Shown here: piece after piece, positions 17,371-25,885 of the stretch | Layout of the letters: the number at the start of each line of letters is the position of its first letter | Position numbering within the stretch: position 1 is the first letter of the stretch | Virus record (IMG/VR): IMGVR_UViG_3300036766_000194 | Coordinates: 186,001-250,000 of that record | Direction: 5' to 3' (one strand) | DNA length: 64,000 nt | Notes under the pieces: model-generated | Seen by the model: only the letters and a program-made list of their open reading frames with translations | Databases searched by the model: none | What the model was told of the DNA's origin: nothing | Made by a program: the position numbers and the translations under genes

Positions 17371-17399
17371 AAACACCCCGCCTTTTGAGCGGGGTGTTT
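17371..17399. terminator. Bidirectional terminator between the scaffold gene and the antisense island
   Basis: Perfect 11-bp stem AAACACCCCGC/GCGGGGTGTTT. Confidence 0.85.
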
Positions 17400-17438
17400 A
17401 AACTGAAGATGCCATCTTCAGGGTTGTATTAAACTCTG

Positions 17439-18845
17439 TTACTCGTCGCCAAAGAGCAAGTCAGCAAGAGATCCCTCAGTAGGTGCCCCGGCTGTAACCT
17501 TTAACTTCTTGATGGTTTCCTTCTTAGCAGCTGCCTTAGGAGTTTCCATGACAGGCTGTTGGTCTTCCTTAATGCGCTTCTGTCCGCTGTCTTCGGGCTT
17601 CTGATCTTCAATCAATTCTGCCCAAATGTCACCAGTGTGGTCGGATTCGCTATCGCGATCATCACCCTTGAGTTCAGATTCAAAGTGATTTGCTGCCTCA
17701 CCAGTAAAGGAGGGAACTACATCCACCCCGTCCACTGAAGTAGCTTCCTTGTAAGAGGCGAATAAGGTTGCCATCGAATCGTCACCTTCTACAGAAGCAA
17801 ACATCCCGGACATTTCATTGGAATTGTTGTCCATTGATGCTGCCATCTCACCTTCTTCAGAAGGCCCGAAGAAATCTTCTCCGCCTCCCATTTCATCCAT
17901 ACCCTCTTCCATCTCTTCGCCTTCATTTGCCAAGGAATCAACCTTGTCTTCAGGCTGAGAGAAAATAGAGTTGAGATCCAGTTCTTCCTGACCCTCTTCT
18001 AGAATAGTCTCTTCAATGTTTTGAATAGCCTGTTGTGCTTCTGCAATCTGCTCAGAAACCTGTTCTTTCTTTTCTTCTGTTAACATTGTTGCAGCTTCCT
18101 CTTCAGGAGCAGGTGCTGCCTCTTCTGTAGGTACCTCTTCAGCTGCTGGTGCTTCCTCAACTGGGGCTTCTTCAGCCTCCGGAGCGGCCTCAACAGGCGC
18201 AGCGTCTCCTTCATCAGCCTTCTTAGAAACTACATGTTCCTTGCAACCTACCTTACCGCATTCTGCACACTTGGAATCTGCCTTTTTTGCAGCGGCAGAA
18301 ACAGACTTCTGTTCTTTCTCACTGCCCTCACTCTTATCAACGGAGTCAGCGGGACGAGATTCCGACTTGCTTGCGTCCATTTCCTTTGGTTCAGAACCCT
18401 TGCGACCATCTTCGTACTTGTCAGGCTGAGGTCCTGCATCCTTACGATCGTCTGCAACCTTGCCAGCATTCTTGGCGTCACCCTTAACTTCTGTGGTTAC
18501 GGCACTCTTTTCCTTATTCAATTCGGATTCGGGAGACATAAGGTCATTAAGATCCTTCTTGTGTACCGACTCATACGTCTCAGCAAATTTGGACCAGTGA
18601 GCATTGATAGCGGTCTGACGTAGAGCCGCCTTCAATACTTTAGTGGACGCGCTCAATAGCGCAGACGCCAGGTGCTGTTGCACCTCAGCGGGAGCTTTAG
18701 GTAGCATGGTCTTGGCGATGGTCCAAGCACAGACTGTGCGTACACGAGCCTCTTTGCTTGCTGCCGTTACCACTTCTTGTGCCTGCTTTGCAGCGGCAAT
18801 ACGCTCTTTTATGGGGGACTTTTCGTTAAGATTCGCCATGTTCAC
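17439..18845 (-). CDS. Prohead scaffold/core protein
   Basis: Very acidic and low-complexity; lies between the protease and decoration/MCP genes. Confidence 0.7.
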   Translation of the reverse strand: MNMANLNEKSPIKERIAAAKQAQEVVTAASKEARVRTVCAWTIAKTMLPKAPAEVQQHLASALLSASTKVLKAALRQTAINAHWSKFAETYESVHKKDLNDLMSPESELNKEKSAVTTEVKGDAKNAGKVADDRKDAGPQPDKYEDGRKGSEPKEMDASKSESRPADSVDKSEGSEKEQKSVSAAAKKADSKCAECGKVGCKEHVVSKKADEGDAAPVEAAPEAEEAPVEEAPAAEEVPTEEAAPAPEEEAATMLTEEKKEQVSEQIAEAQQAIQNIEETILEEGQEELDLNSIFSQPEDKVDSLANEGEEMEEGMDEMGGGEDFFGPSEEGEMAASMDNNSNEMSGMFASVEGDDSMATLFASYKEATSVDGVDVVPSFTGEAANHFESELKGDDRDSESDHTGDIWAELIEDQKPEDSGQKRIKEDQQPVMETPKAAAKKETIKKLKVTAGAPTEGSLADLLFGDE

Positions 18846-18947
18846 TTTCCTTTAAGAAAGATTGGGGATATACAAACCCCTTCTTCTTTGTGTTCTAAAG
18901 TTAATTTATTATCAAAAAGCGGTTATCCGCTTTTTGAATCCCTGCTA

Positions 18948-19817
18948 TTACTTCAATTTAGAAGCTATTTCACTCATTTCCAGCATTAAATCTTCATGTT
19001 CACTAACACTAGCTGCTTTTGCGAACTTGGATTCCTTATCAGATTCAGCAGAAGCCGTAGTATAAGGAGTCTTAGGACCAATCCACTCTTCCATGACTGT
19101 ATTACGTTTAACCGCCCCTGGAAAAGCGGGAGTAGCAACCCAAGAAGCCTCAACGAATTTGACTCCACCATTTTTCATTGTCTTATGGCCACAAAGTTCT
19201 GCCACACGACGGGGAACGCCATTTTCATCGTTTAAAAAAGAACCTTTTTGAAAAGCCAAGTGATTACAGTAATTTCCATTATCGGTAACTCTTGCCCCGC
19301 AAAAAGAACAAATTACCAAGTCTGTAACACAACCCATGCTCAGATACTTGACTTTGCCTGAACGGATGTCGTCAATCAACTGTGTGTGTGCAAGGTCAGT
19401 GGCTACCAAGATGTCAACTAAATAAACCCACACTCCAGAAGCAATATTTATCTTACGAAGAATCGCATCCAAAATATGCCCCTTAGCGAATTTTGAGTTT
19501 TGAAAGTGTTCAACGAAGTTAAATGCTCCTACAAATGACTTATGAGACAACTTTAAGACTTCATTAGTCCAGGCATCGTCATTGTTGTTGACAAGATGGC
19601 TGCATTCTGGCTTGATAAAATAGTCATTAGGATCATCCTCTACCATGACAGAACTCATGATTGTGCAGTGTGATAAAAGATAGATACTTTTATCTGCTTT
19701 GGCTGCTATTTTTAAAAACGATGAGGAATTTGAGAAATTAGAATACAATGTATTCCAGTCTCTAATGTTGATAACTGGGTCGGCTACTAAGGCACGTGCT
19801 GTTTTGATAAAAGGCAT
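18948..19817 (-). CDS. Prohead (capsid maturation) protease with Zn ribbon
   Basis: NNNDDAW, FVEHFQ..KGHILDA, LSMGC (candidate catalytic Ser), CSFCG...CNHL, FVEASWVATPAFPGA; canonical gene position. Confidence 0.75.
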   Translation of the reverse strand: MPFIKTARALVADPVINIRDWNTLYSNFSNSSSFLKIAAKADKSIYLLSHCTIMSSVMVEDDPNDYFIKPECSHLVNNNDDAWTNEVLKLSHKSFVGAFNFVEHFQNSKFAKGHILDAILRKINIASGVWVYLVDILVATDLAHTQLIDDIRSGKVKYLSMGCVTDLVICSFCGARVTDNGNYCNHLAFQKGSFLNDENGVPRRVAELCGHKTMKNGGVKFVEASWVATPAFPGAVKRNTVMEEWIGPKTPYTTASAESDKESKFAKAASVSEHEDLMLEMSEIASKLK

Positions 19818-19877
19818 AGCTATAATGTGTGTTGTAATTAAATAATTACAGTATCAAGTAGTATAGGAGCACTACTT

Positions 19878-20807
19878 ATGCGTAAAACTGATATAAGAGA
19901 TATAAGATTCGATTGTTGGGTGGCTCTACGAGAAACTAGGAATGGATATTGGCTATGTAGGTGCGATTGTGGATTTGAAAAAGAGGTTCTAAAGAACAAT
20001 CTAGTACAAGGTCGTAGTCGTAGCTGTGGCTGTAACGCCCCCTACAAAGATCTAACAGGAAAGGTTTTTACACGATTAACAGTGATAGAAAAAGCTCCTT
20101 CACAGGTAACAAATAAAGAACGACACACTATGTGGAAAGTGCGTTGTCAGTGTGGTACAGAAAAGATAGTTTCTGGAAAAAACCTACAGTCTCATCACAC
20201 CAAAAGTTGTGGATGTTTAGGAAAAAGTGCCGTTTGGTTGCACTTAGATATAAGTGGAAAACGTTTTGGTAGGTTGAAAGTATTGGAAAAAGTAGGGGTA
20301 GAAAATGATAGAACTATTTGGAGAACTTTATGTGATTGTGGTGCTGAAAAGACTATTGCTGGTTCAGATCTCACATATGGAAATACAAAAAGTTGTGGTT
20401 GCTTAAAATACACCAGTAGAATGTTGTCTTTCGGTAGAGCGGCAAGAAATAATATGTATGAACACTATCGTTTAAACTGTGCAAAAAAACGAAATCTACC
20501 TTGGGACCTAACTAACGAACAATTTGACAAGTTAACACAGGAGAATTGCTACTATTGTGGAATGTCTCCTTCTAATCGTTGTAGGGGTTCAAAACTGGGA
20601 GGAGATTTTGTCTACAACGGTTTGGATAGAAAAAACAATGATCTAGGGTACGTTATAGAAAATGTAGTAACTTGCTGTAAACACTGTAACCGAGCTAAAT
20701 CTAGTCTTTCTTTTTTAGAATTTATAGCCTATATAAAAAGACTATGCACTCATTTCCAGAATTTTAGGGCAAAGGATCATGAAATGTTTTTAAGTATTCA
20801 TCCTTAG
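19878..20807 (+). CDS. HNH-type homing endonuclease with four CxCG/KSCGC repeat domains
   Basis: Repeats G..F.RL.V....W...C.CG......NL....TKSCGC; C-terminal CYYCG...NGLDRKNNDLGY..ENVVTCCKHCNRAK. Confidence 0.85.
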   Translation: MRKTDIRDIRFDCWVALRETRNGYWLCRCDCGFEKEVLKNNLVQGRSRSCGCNAPYKDLTGKVFTRLTVIEKAPSQVTNKERHTMWKVRCQCGTEKIVSGKNLQSHHTKSCGCLGKSAVWLHLDISGKRFGRLKVLEKVGVENDRTIWRTLCDCGAEKTIAGSDLTYGNTKSCGCLKYTSRMLSFGRAARNNMYEHYRLNCAKKRNLPWDLTNEQFDKLTQENCYYCGMSPSNRCRGSKLGGDFVYNGLDRKNNDLGYVIENVVTCCKHCNRAKSSLSFLEFIAYIKRLCTHFQNFRAKDHEMFLSIHP

Positions 20808-21918
20808 ACTCTGACCAAAGTGCTTCCATATCAACACCTTCCATTCGGGCCATTTCCTTCATACGAGGATCAGACATGAAACGTAATTTGACATCTTCTT
20901 CCTGCTCTGATATGAAATCCAACCAATTATCAGTAGCAACCTTTTCCATGGCTTGCTTAGATCTTAACCAGTGATTTATAAGATTTTGTTCACGACTGTC
21001 TAATTCTACCCAGGGACGGAAGAACAGCATTGAAGTTGGTTTGCCCGTTACTCCTAGCAATTTGCAACGACCTTTTGGAGTTAAAGCATTCCATGCCTGT
21101 TCTATGTTCTCACTAGAAATCTTTTTACTGGTTCCCCCACTGATTGTATCCTGTTTAATTTCTTCTTTAACATCTTCATCGAGATGACGACGCATATCGT
21201 TACGTGGCGGGAGTTTGGTAGGAGTCTCGTGGAATTCAACTTCTGAATCCCGAGGCTTAGAAGACGGAGTCGTGTTGAACTTATGTGCTACAGGAGGCTT
21301 ACCACGCTCACGACGTTTACGATTAAACAGCCAGGGTTCATCCTTAAAGCGACTGGGCATCTTATCAAAATGTCTCAATTGTCGAGTAACATTGGGAGCA
21401 AAGGTTTGAACATTTCGCGCAGCCGTCTTGCCCTTTAATCCTTGTAAGAATCCGTCTAATTCGAACAGTTCTCCCTGTTGAACGGGGATACGTTTCTCAA
21501 ATAATGTAAACCCCCAGTTGGTAACTTCTAACCTAAGACCAGGAAGATTTTTATTATTATAATGACTATACCCATCACATCGGTGGTATCTTCCACGGTG
21601 GTCTGAAGCGGTGGGAATCTTATACCAACCCATTTCTTCTATAGAATCTTGACTAGACCCATATCTTACATTTTCAGGTTCTGTACCTTTTTGAGCGTAA
21701 GGGAATCTGTCAGTAGATTCAGATGATGCGCGAGGATCCTGCGCTGCTTCAGGTCTGTTCAATTCTATACTGGTCTGATCTAGGGCTTGCTTTTTCTTCT
21801 TTTCATCTTCTTCACAAATACACTTAGCGGTAGGTTTTAGGCAAAAAGCGCAAGTATTATGCTTCCAAGATGTGCTTGTTTTATGTGTGGGAGCTACCGT
21901 TTGTTTTTTACTAACCAT
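20764..21918 (-). CDS. Mosaic hypothetical virion-associated protein
   Basis: ORF track; modules separated by KQA/KTAA/ISS/KVA motifs. Confidence 0.75.
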   Translation of the reverse strand: MVSKKQTVAPTHKTSTSWKHNTCAFCLKPTAKCICEEDEKKKKQALDQTSIELNRPEAAQDPRASSESTDRFPYAQKGTEPENVRYGSSQDSIEEMGWYKIPTASDHRGRYHRCDGYSHYNNKNLPGLRLEVTNWGFTLFEKRIPVQQGELFELDGFLQGLKGKTAARNVQTFAPNVTRQLRHFDKMPSRFKDEPWLFNRKRRERGKPPVAHKFNTTPSSKPRDSEVEFHETPTKLPPRNDMRRHLDEDVKEEIKQDTISGGTSKKISSENIEQAWNALTPKGRCKLLGVTGKPTSMLFFRPWVELDSREQNLINHWLRSKQAMEKVATDNWLDFISEQEEDVKLRFMSDPRMKEMARMEGVDMEALWSESKDEYLKTFHDPLP

Positions 21919-22000
21919 ATCACCCTCAAGAAATAAAGACGCAGCATGAGGTAGCTCCGCTGCGCCTTTTAACTAGCTAACTACTGTAGCATCACCCTTG

Positions 22001-22687
22001 TTATTTCCGCTGTTGGAAAAGAAGCGAGCGACCTGTAGCATCACCCTTGTTATTTCCGCTATCAATAAAGTCTCCGTAAACGCTGCCAGAGATATCAAAA
22101 ATGTCTGTAACGGTAATGCTGCAATCTTCTGCTACAGCTGCGGTTTCTACCTGATAGCCAGAGTTGTAAGAGTTCATCCAGCATCCTTCGTATACCGTAA
22201 CCACCGCATACAGCCCAGAATTACCCAGGTTGTTCAGCCCGCCTTCATTCGGTACATCTGCCTTAGAAGCCTTACCATGATTGCGTGTTTCTGAAGCAAG
22301 TTCAGAAAAAACTATTTCTGTCTTGATGTCAAAGGGCCATTTGTGATGCTTCAAAGATCTTACCAATCCACTAACTCCTGCTTTATAACCAAACATCTGC
22401 TGTAGGTTAGCAAGATAAAGAGCGGTACGAGTAACGCTAATGGTTGTTGGCTGCGTTACACCAGGGACTAGTTCCGCGATCTGATCACCATAACCAAGTC
22501 CACGAATAGTTTCAATATTCTTAGTCTCTGACACGCTGAAGGACGAAGTCACTCCTAGCTTTACAAACTTACCTACATCCACTGCGGGAGTGAAAATCTT
22601 AAACCGGGTACTAATGACCGATTCGGTCTGACCCGTTGTTCCTTGGCGGTAAAGATATCCGCCGATTGCGTTTGATCCGCTTGCCAT
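22001..22687 (-). CDS. Tail tube protein
   Basis: IRGLGYGDQIAELVPG motif; downstream of the sheath gene. Confidence 0.8.
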   Translation of the reverse strand: MASGSNAIGGYLYRQGTTGQTESVISTRFKIFTPAVDVGKFVKLGVTSSFSVSETKNIETIRGLGYGDQIAELVPGVTQPTTISVTRTALYLANLQQMFGYKAGVSGLVRSLKHHKWPFDIKTEIVFSELASETRNHGKASKADVPNEGGLNNLGNSGLYAVVTVYEGCWMNSYNSGYQVETAAVAEDCSITVTDIFDISGSVYGDFIDSGNNKGDATGRSLLFQQRK

Positions 22688-22741
22688 GTTGTTTCTCCTT
22701 GTTGCTACTAATTAGCAACGAAGTTGTTTTCTACTATTCCG

Positions 22742-25387
22742 TTATTCAGCTTCTGCTATGTTCAAACCGAAGAACTTAACAGATGCTTCCTTAGATGATT
22801 CTTTCTTTGCTGCCTTGGTAGCTTCTTCCTCAGCTTCTTCAGCCATGAGCATCTTGTTAAATGCTTTTTTAGCATCTTCAAAAAGAAGCATTGCGCTGTA
22901 GACGGCTTCAACTGAGTTACGGATAGCTGCCACATCATTCACTTTAGTTAAGGGTTTAAGTGATAGATACATCTTCTTGAGATCTTCCTCAGCATCTTCA
23001 CAAGCCTTCAACGCTTTGGTAACGGTCATCTCAGCTGCTAATTTCTCGGGCAGGACTGTTGCTGGACGCTTAATCCCTGTATTATCGTCACGCATTTTGT
23101 GCGCTTCGGCAACTTCAGGAACACGCTTACCTCCGTCACAAATTTCGGAGGTCTCGTCATTAGAAGTCCAAGCTCCCCCTATCGCAGCGGAAGCGAATTT
23201 CTTTACGAATAAAGATGCGTTCTTTTCAAGAAGATAAGCCGCACGATGAGGAGTATAACCTTCACCCTTCATATGCCATGCTAACGCCCAGGGATTATCA
23301 ATCTCTGGGTGCTTTTTCATCTTCTTAACAGTACCTTCCCATCCTTCAGGAGCAACCGCATTCTTATTAACAGAAGCTGCTTTTTCTTCCTGTGAAGCTG
23401 CATATTCCTTCTCACAAGCTCCACACATATCAGAACCCGCCATAGCCTTGTTACCACATTCACATTTTACAGGCTGACCATGACTCTTTGCTGACTTTTG
23501 TTCAACTGGACGATTCTTTAGAACCGAAGAAAGCTGTTCAATCCAAAGTACCGCAGACTTATCATCCATAAATTCGGGAACGCCCGCTAGAGCCTTAATG
23601 GCTGCTCCTATAGCCTTAGTTCCTAGGGATTGAGGATCCAGTCCACCTGTTCCAGACATATCTTCTGTAGGTAAACCTGATTCGGACACATCTTCAACAG
23701 GGAGGTCGTCTTCTACTGGGATATCGTCTTCAAGGATATCCTCAGGTGGTTCAACCATGTCTATTTCTTTATCTGCACGCTTTCTCACAAAAGCACCTCT
23801 CTTATTTAATCTCTTCTGACCTTCTTCAGAACGAAAGAAATCTTGAAGCGTTTCGGGACCATGACCTTCACTTACTATATCATTCGCTCCGCCACCACCA
23901 TAGGCTTCCCAACTACCATCTTCTTTTACTACCACAGCTTCTAAACCAGGGGTTTCATCGCCGTGTACGGGTCCCCAATAAACAGTTCCCATTTCCCTAC
24001 CTATTGGAGCATTGGTGTCTGCTTCAAAATCCAACGAGTTAAGAATCTGTTCATAATTGAGTGACATAGCTCTCTTTTTCTTAGCTATAACTGGAACGGC
24101 GATAGGAACGGTAGATTTAGGAGCAGATGAATTCTTGATAGGTTCTGATGCTGGAGAAGGAGATTCTGTTTCTGCTTTCTTTTTACGTTTTGGCATACAC
24201 TTCTTACAATATTCTTCATTACCAGAATGAAGTTTACCGCATAGCTCACACTTTGTACGATCATCATCCGAGGAGGACCCTACAATAGATTCACCCATTG
24301 GTCCTAAGTATCCTGCAATAGAGTCGGCTAAGTCAATTTCTCCCTTAGTACGAGCAAGTCTTTCTATACTCTTTAGGGCATTAGGATTTTGTTCTGCGTA
24401 ACTTTCTCCGTGGAGAATATCCTTAAGTTGTTCTTCAATAGCCCAACCATATCTAGAACTACAAATATCAATAAAATCTTGCATGTCATATCTAGTGAGA
24501 GAACCAGTAAACATGTCTTCTGCTTCAATCTCAGGTTCTTCATCTGCTACGGATGAGGTAACAACCCCACCAACTTCTCCCGGATCCACAGCTTCAACTG
24601 GGGCACTGAATGCAGAACTTGGACGAGGAATAGACGTAGGAGGAGTCTTTCCCACTAAAGGACTAGATTCAACAGTAAAACGGGCTTCAAACCAAGAATC
24701 TTTAGGCCAAGCATTCCAATGATTGCTAGCAGCTACAACAAATGCCCTCAATCCTACGTTATTCAAAGCCTTTACAACTTTATCGGCAAACTTACGTTCG
24801 TCCATACCGTGAGTATAGAAATACCCATGTTTTGCTATTAAAACTCTCTGTTGTGGGCTGTAACTTACATCAGCAATACCAGACAAAGCATCTCTTGCCT
24901 GTAGCTTTATCTTGGTGTTCATATCGGTTGCGGTTTTAACAGAAGCTAAAGCAGACCCTGGGCCTGTAATGGGCTTGGGTGCTGAATCTAATTTGAATTG
25001 GTCTACCTCTCTTGGGTCAAATTCATCAGTTTCTTCGAATCCATGTTTCATAAACCAACTAAAATCTATAGGTTGGCGACGCAACATCCCGTTAGCAAAG
25101 TCTACGTCAACTTCTTTACTTCCTAGACTATTACGAACCAAAACACCCTGAATACCACTTATAGATATTCCAGATTTATCAACAATAACAGTAACCTCAT
25201 CTAAGATCTTTTTAGGTTCTTCAAAATCATTAATCTCAGGCCAATTAGTAACCTTCATGTCAGCTATCAGAGGCTTAGACCCGTCTTCAAAAGGTTCTAC
25301 TCCCGTCACCCCATACCAGTCTGTCTTATCAAAAGGACGAAGTGCTTTGGAAGAAACCTTATTCCGTTCGTTGAAAAGTTTACTCAT
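22742..25387 (-). CDS. 881-aa mosaic virion-associated protein
   Basis: ORF track; short domains in low-complexity linkers; APEGWEGTVKKMKKHPEIDNPWALAW module. Confidence 0.8.
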   Translation of the reverse strand: MSKLFNERNKVSSKALRPFDKTDWYGVTGVEPFEDGSKPLIADMKVTNWPEINDFEEPKKILDEVTVIVDKSGISISGIQGVLVRNSLGSKEVDVDFANGMLRRQPIDFSWFMKHGFEETDEFDPREVDQFKLDSAPKPITGPGSALASVKTATDMNTKIKLQARDALSGIADVSYSPQQRVLIAKHGYFYTHGMDERKFADKVVKALNNVGLRAFVVAASNHWNAWPKDSWFEARFTVESSPLVGKTPPTSIPRPSSAFSAPVEAVDPGEVGGVVTSSVADEEPEIEAEDMFTGSLTRYDMQDFIDICSSRYGWAIEEQLKDILHGESYAEQNPNALKSIERLARTKGEIDLADSIAGYLGPMGESIVGSSSDDDRTKCELCGKLHSGNEEYCKKCMPKRKKKAETESPSPASEPIKNSSAPKSTVPIAVPVIAKKKRAMSLNYEQILNSLDFEADTNAPIGREMGTVYWGPVHGDETPGLEAVVVKEDGSWEAYGGGGANDIVSEGHGPETLQDFFRSEEGQKRLNKRGAFVRKRADKEIDMVEPPEDILEDDIPVEDDLPVEDVSESGLPTEDMSGTGGLDPQSLGTKAIGAAIKALAGVPEFMDDKSAVLWIEQLSSVLKNRPVEQKSAKSHGQPVKCECGNKAMAGSDMCGACEKEYAASQEEKAASVNKNAVAPEGWEGTVKKMKKHPEIDNPWALAWHMKGEGYTPHRAAYLLEKNASLFVKKFASAAIGGAWTSNDETSEICDGGKRVPEVAEAHKMRDDNTGIKRPATVLPEKLAAEMTVTKALKACEDAEEDLKKMYLSLKPLTKVNDVAAIRNSVEAVYSAMLLFEDAKKAFNKMLMAEEAEEEATKAAKKESSKEASVKFFGLNIAEAE

Positions 25388-25836
25388 AGTGTTGTATCCG
25401 TTAAGGACGGTACTACGCTTTGTGCTCTAAGACTCTGAATGGCCTGGCCTATACGAGAAGAAGGTCCTAAGGAAGCCATAACAGAATACCATATTTGAGC
25501 AGCCTTTGCAGGGTCAGTAGTTACAACTTGTAGCGGACCTTGAACAGGAACGGGTTGATTGGGTCCTGGTGAAGGAGGCAAAGCTGTCATGAATTGAGCA
25601 GTGTAATTTTGCAACTGAGTTGTGATACCAACTAAAAGTTGAGTCGTTGGAAATTGAAAAGAAAACGTACCAGGGGGATTAGGGTCTGTAAAAGTACCCG
25701 CAATATTAACTTGAGGATCACCAAAAGCTAATATCTTAGATTTATCCGTCGTATCATTCACGTCCCCAACGAACGAAGCCTGTAGAACGACGCTTATAAT
25801 ACCGTTTTGTTGAGTTATGACCGGATGAATTTTCAT
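25384..25836 (-). CDS. Hypothetical structural protein
   Basis: Lies between the sheath and tube region; ATGA coupling. Confidence 0.7.
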   Translation of the reverse strand: MKIHPVITQQNGIISVVLQASFVGDVNDTTDKSKILAFGDPQVNIAGTFTDPNPPGTFSFQFPTTQLLVGITTQLQNYTAQFMTALPPSPGPNQPVPVQGPLQVVTTDPAKAAQIWYSVMASLGPSSRIGQAIQSLRAQSVVPSLTDTTL

Positions 25837-25885
25837 TCTGCTATTCCCTCAGTTAATGAGGGGCCATTATGACCCCTCGTATATC

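Noticed and set aside
4720-20807. Homing endonucleases as intron-encoded
   Set aside because: Flanking genes are complete and not split; no group I/II core sequences recognised, so treated as free-standing
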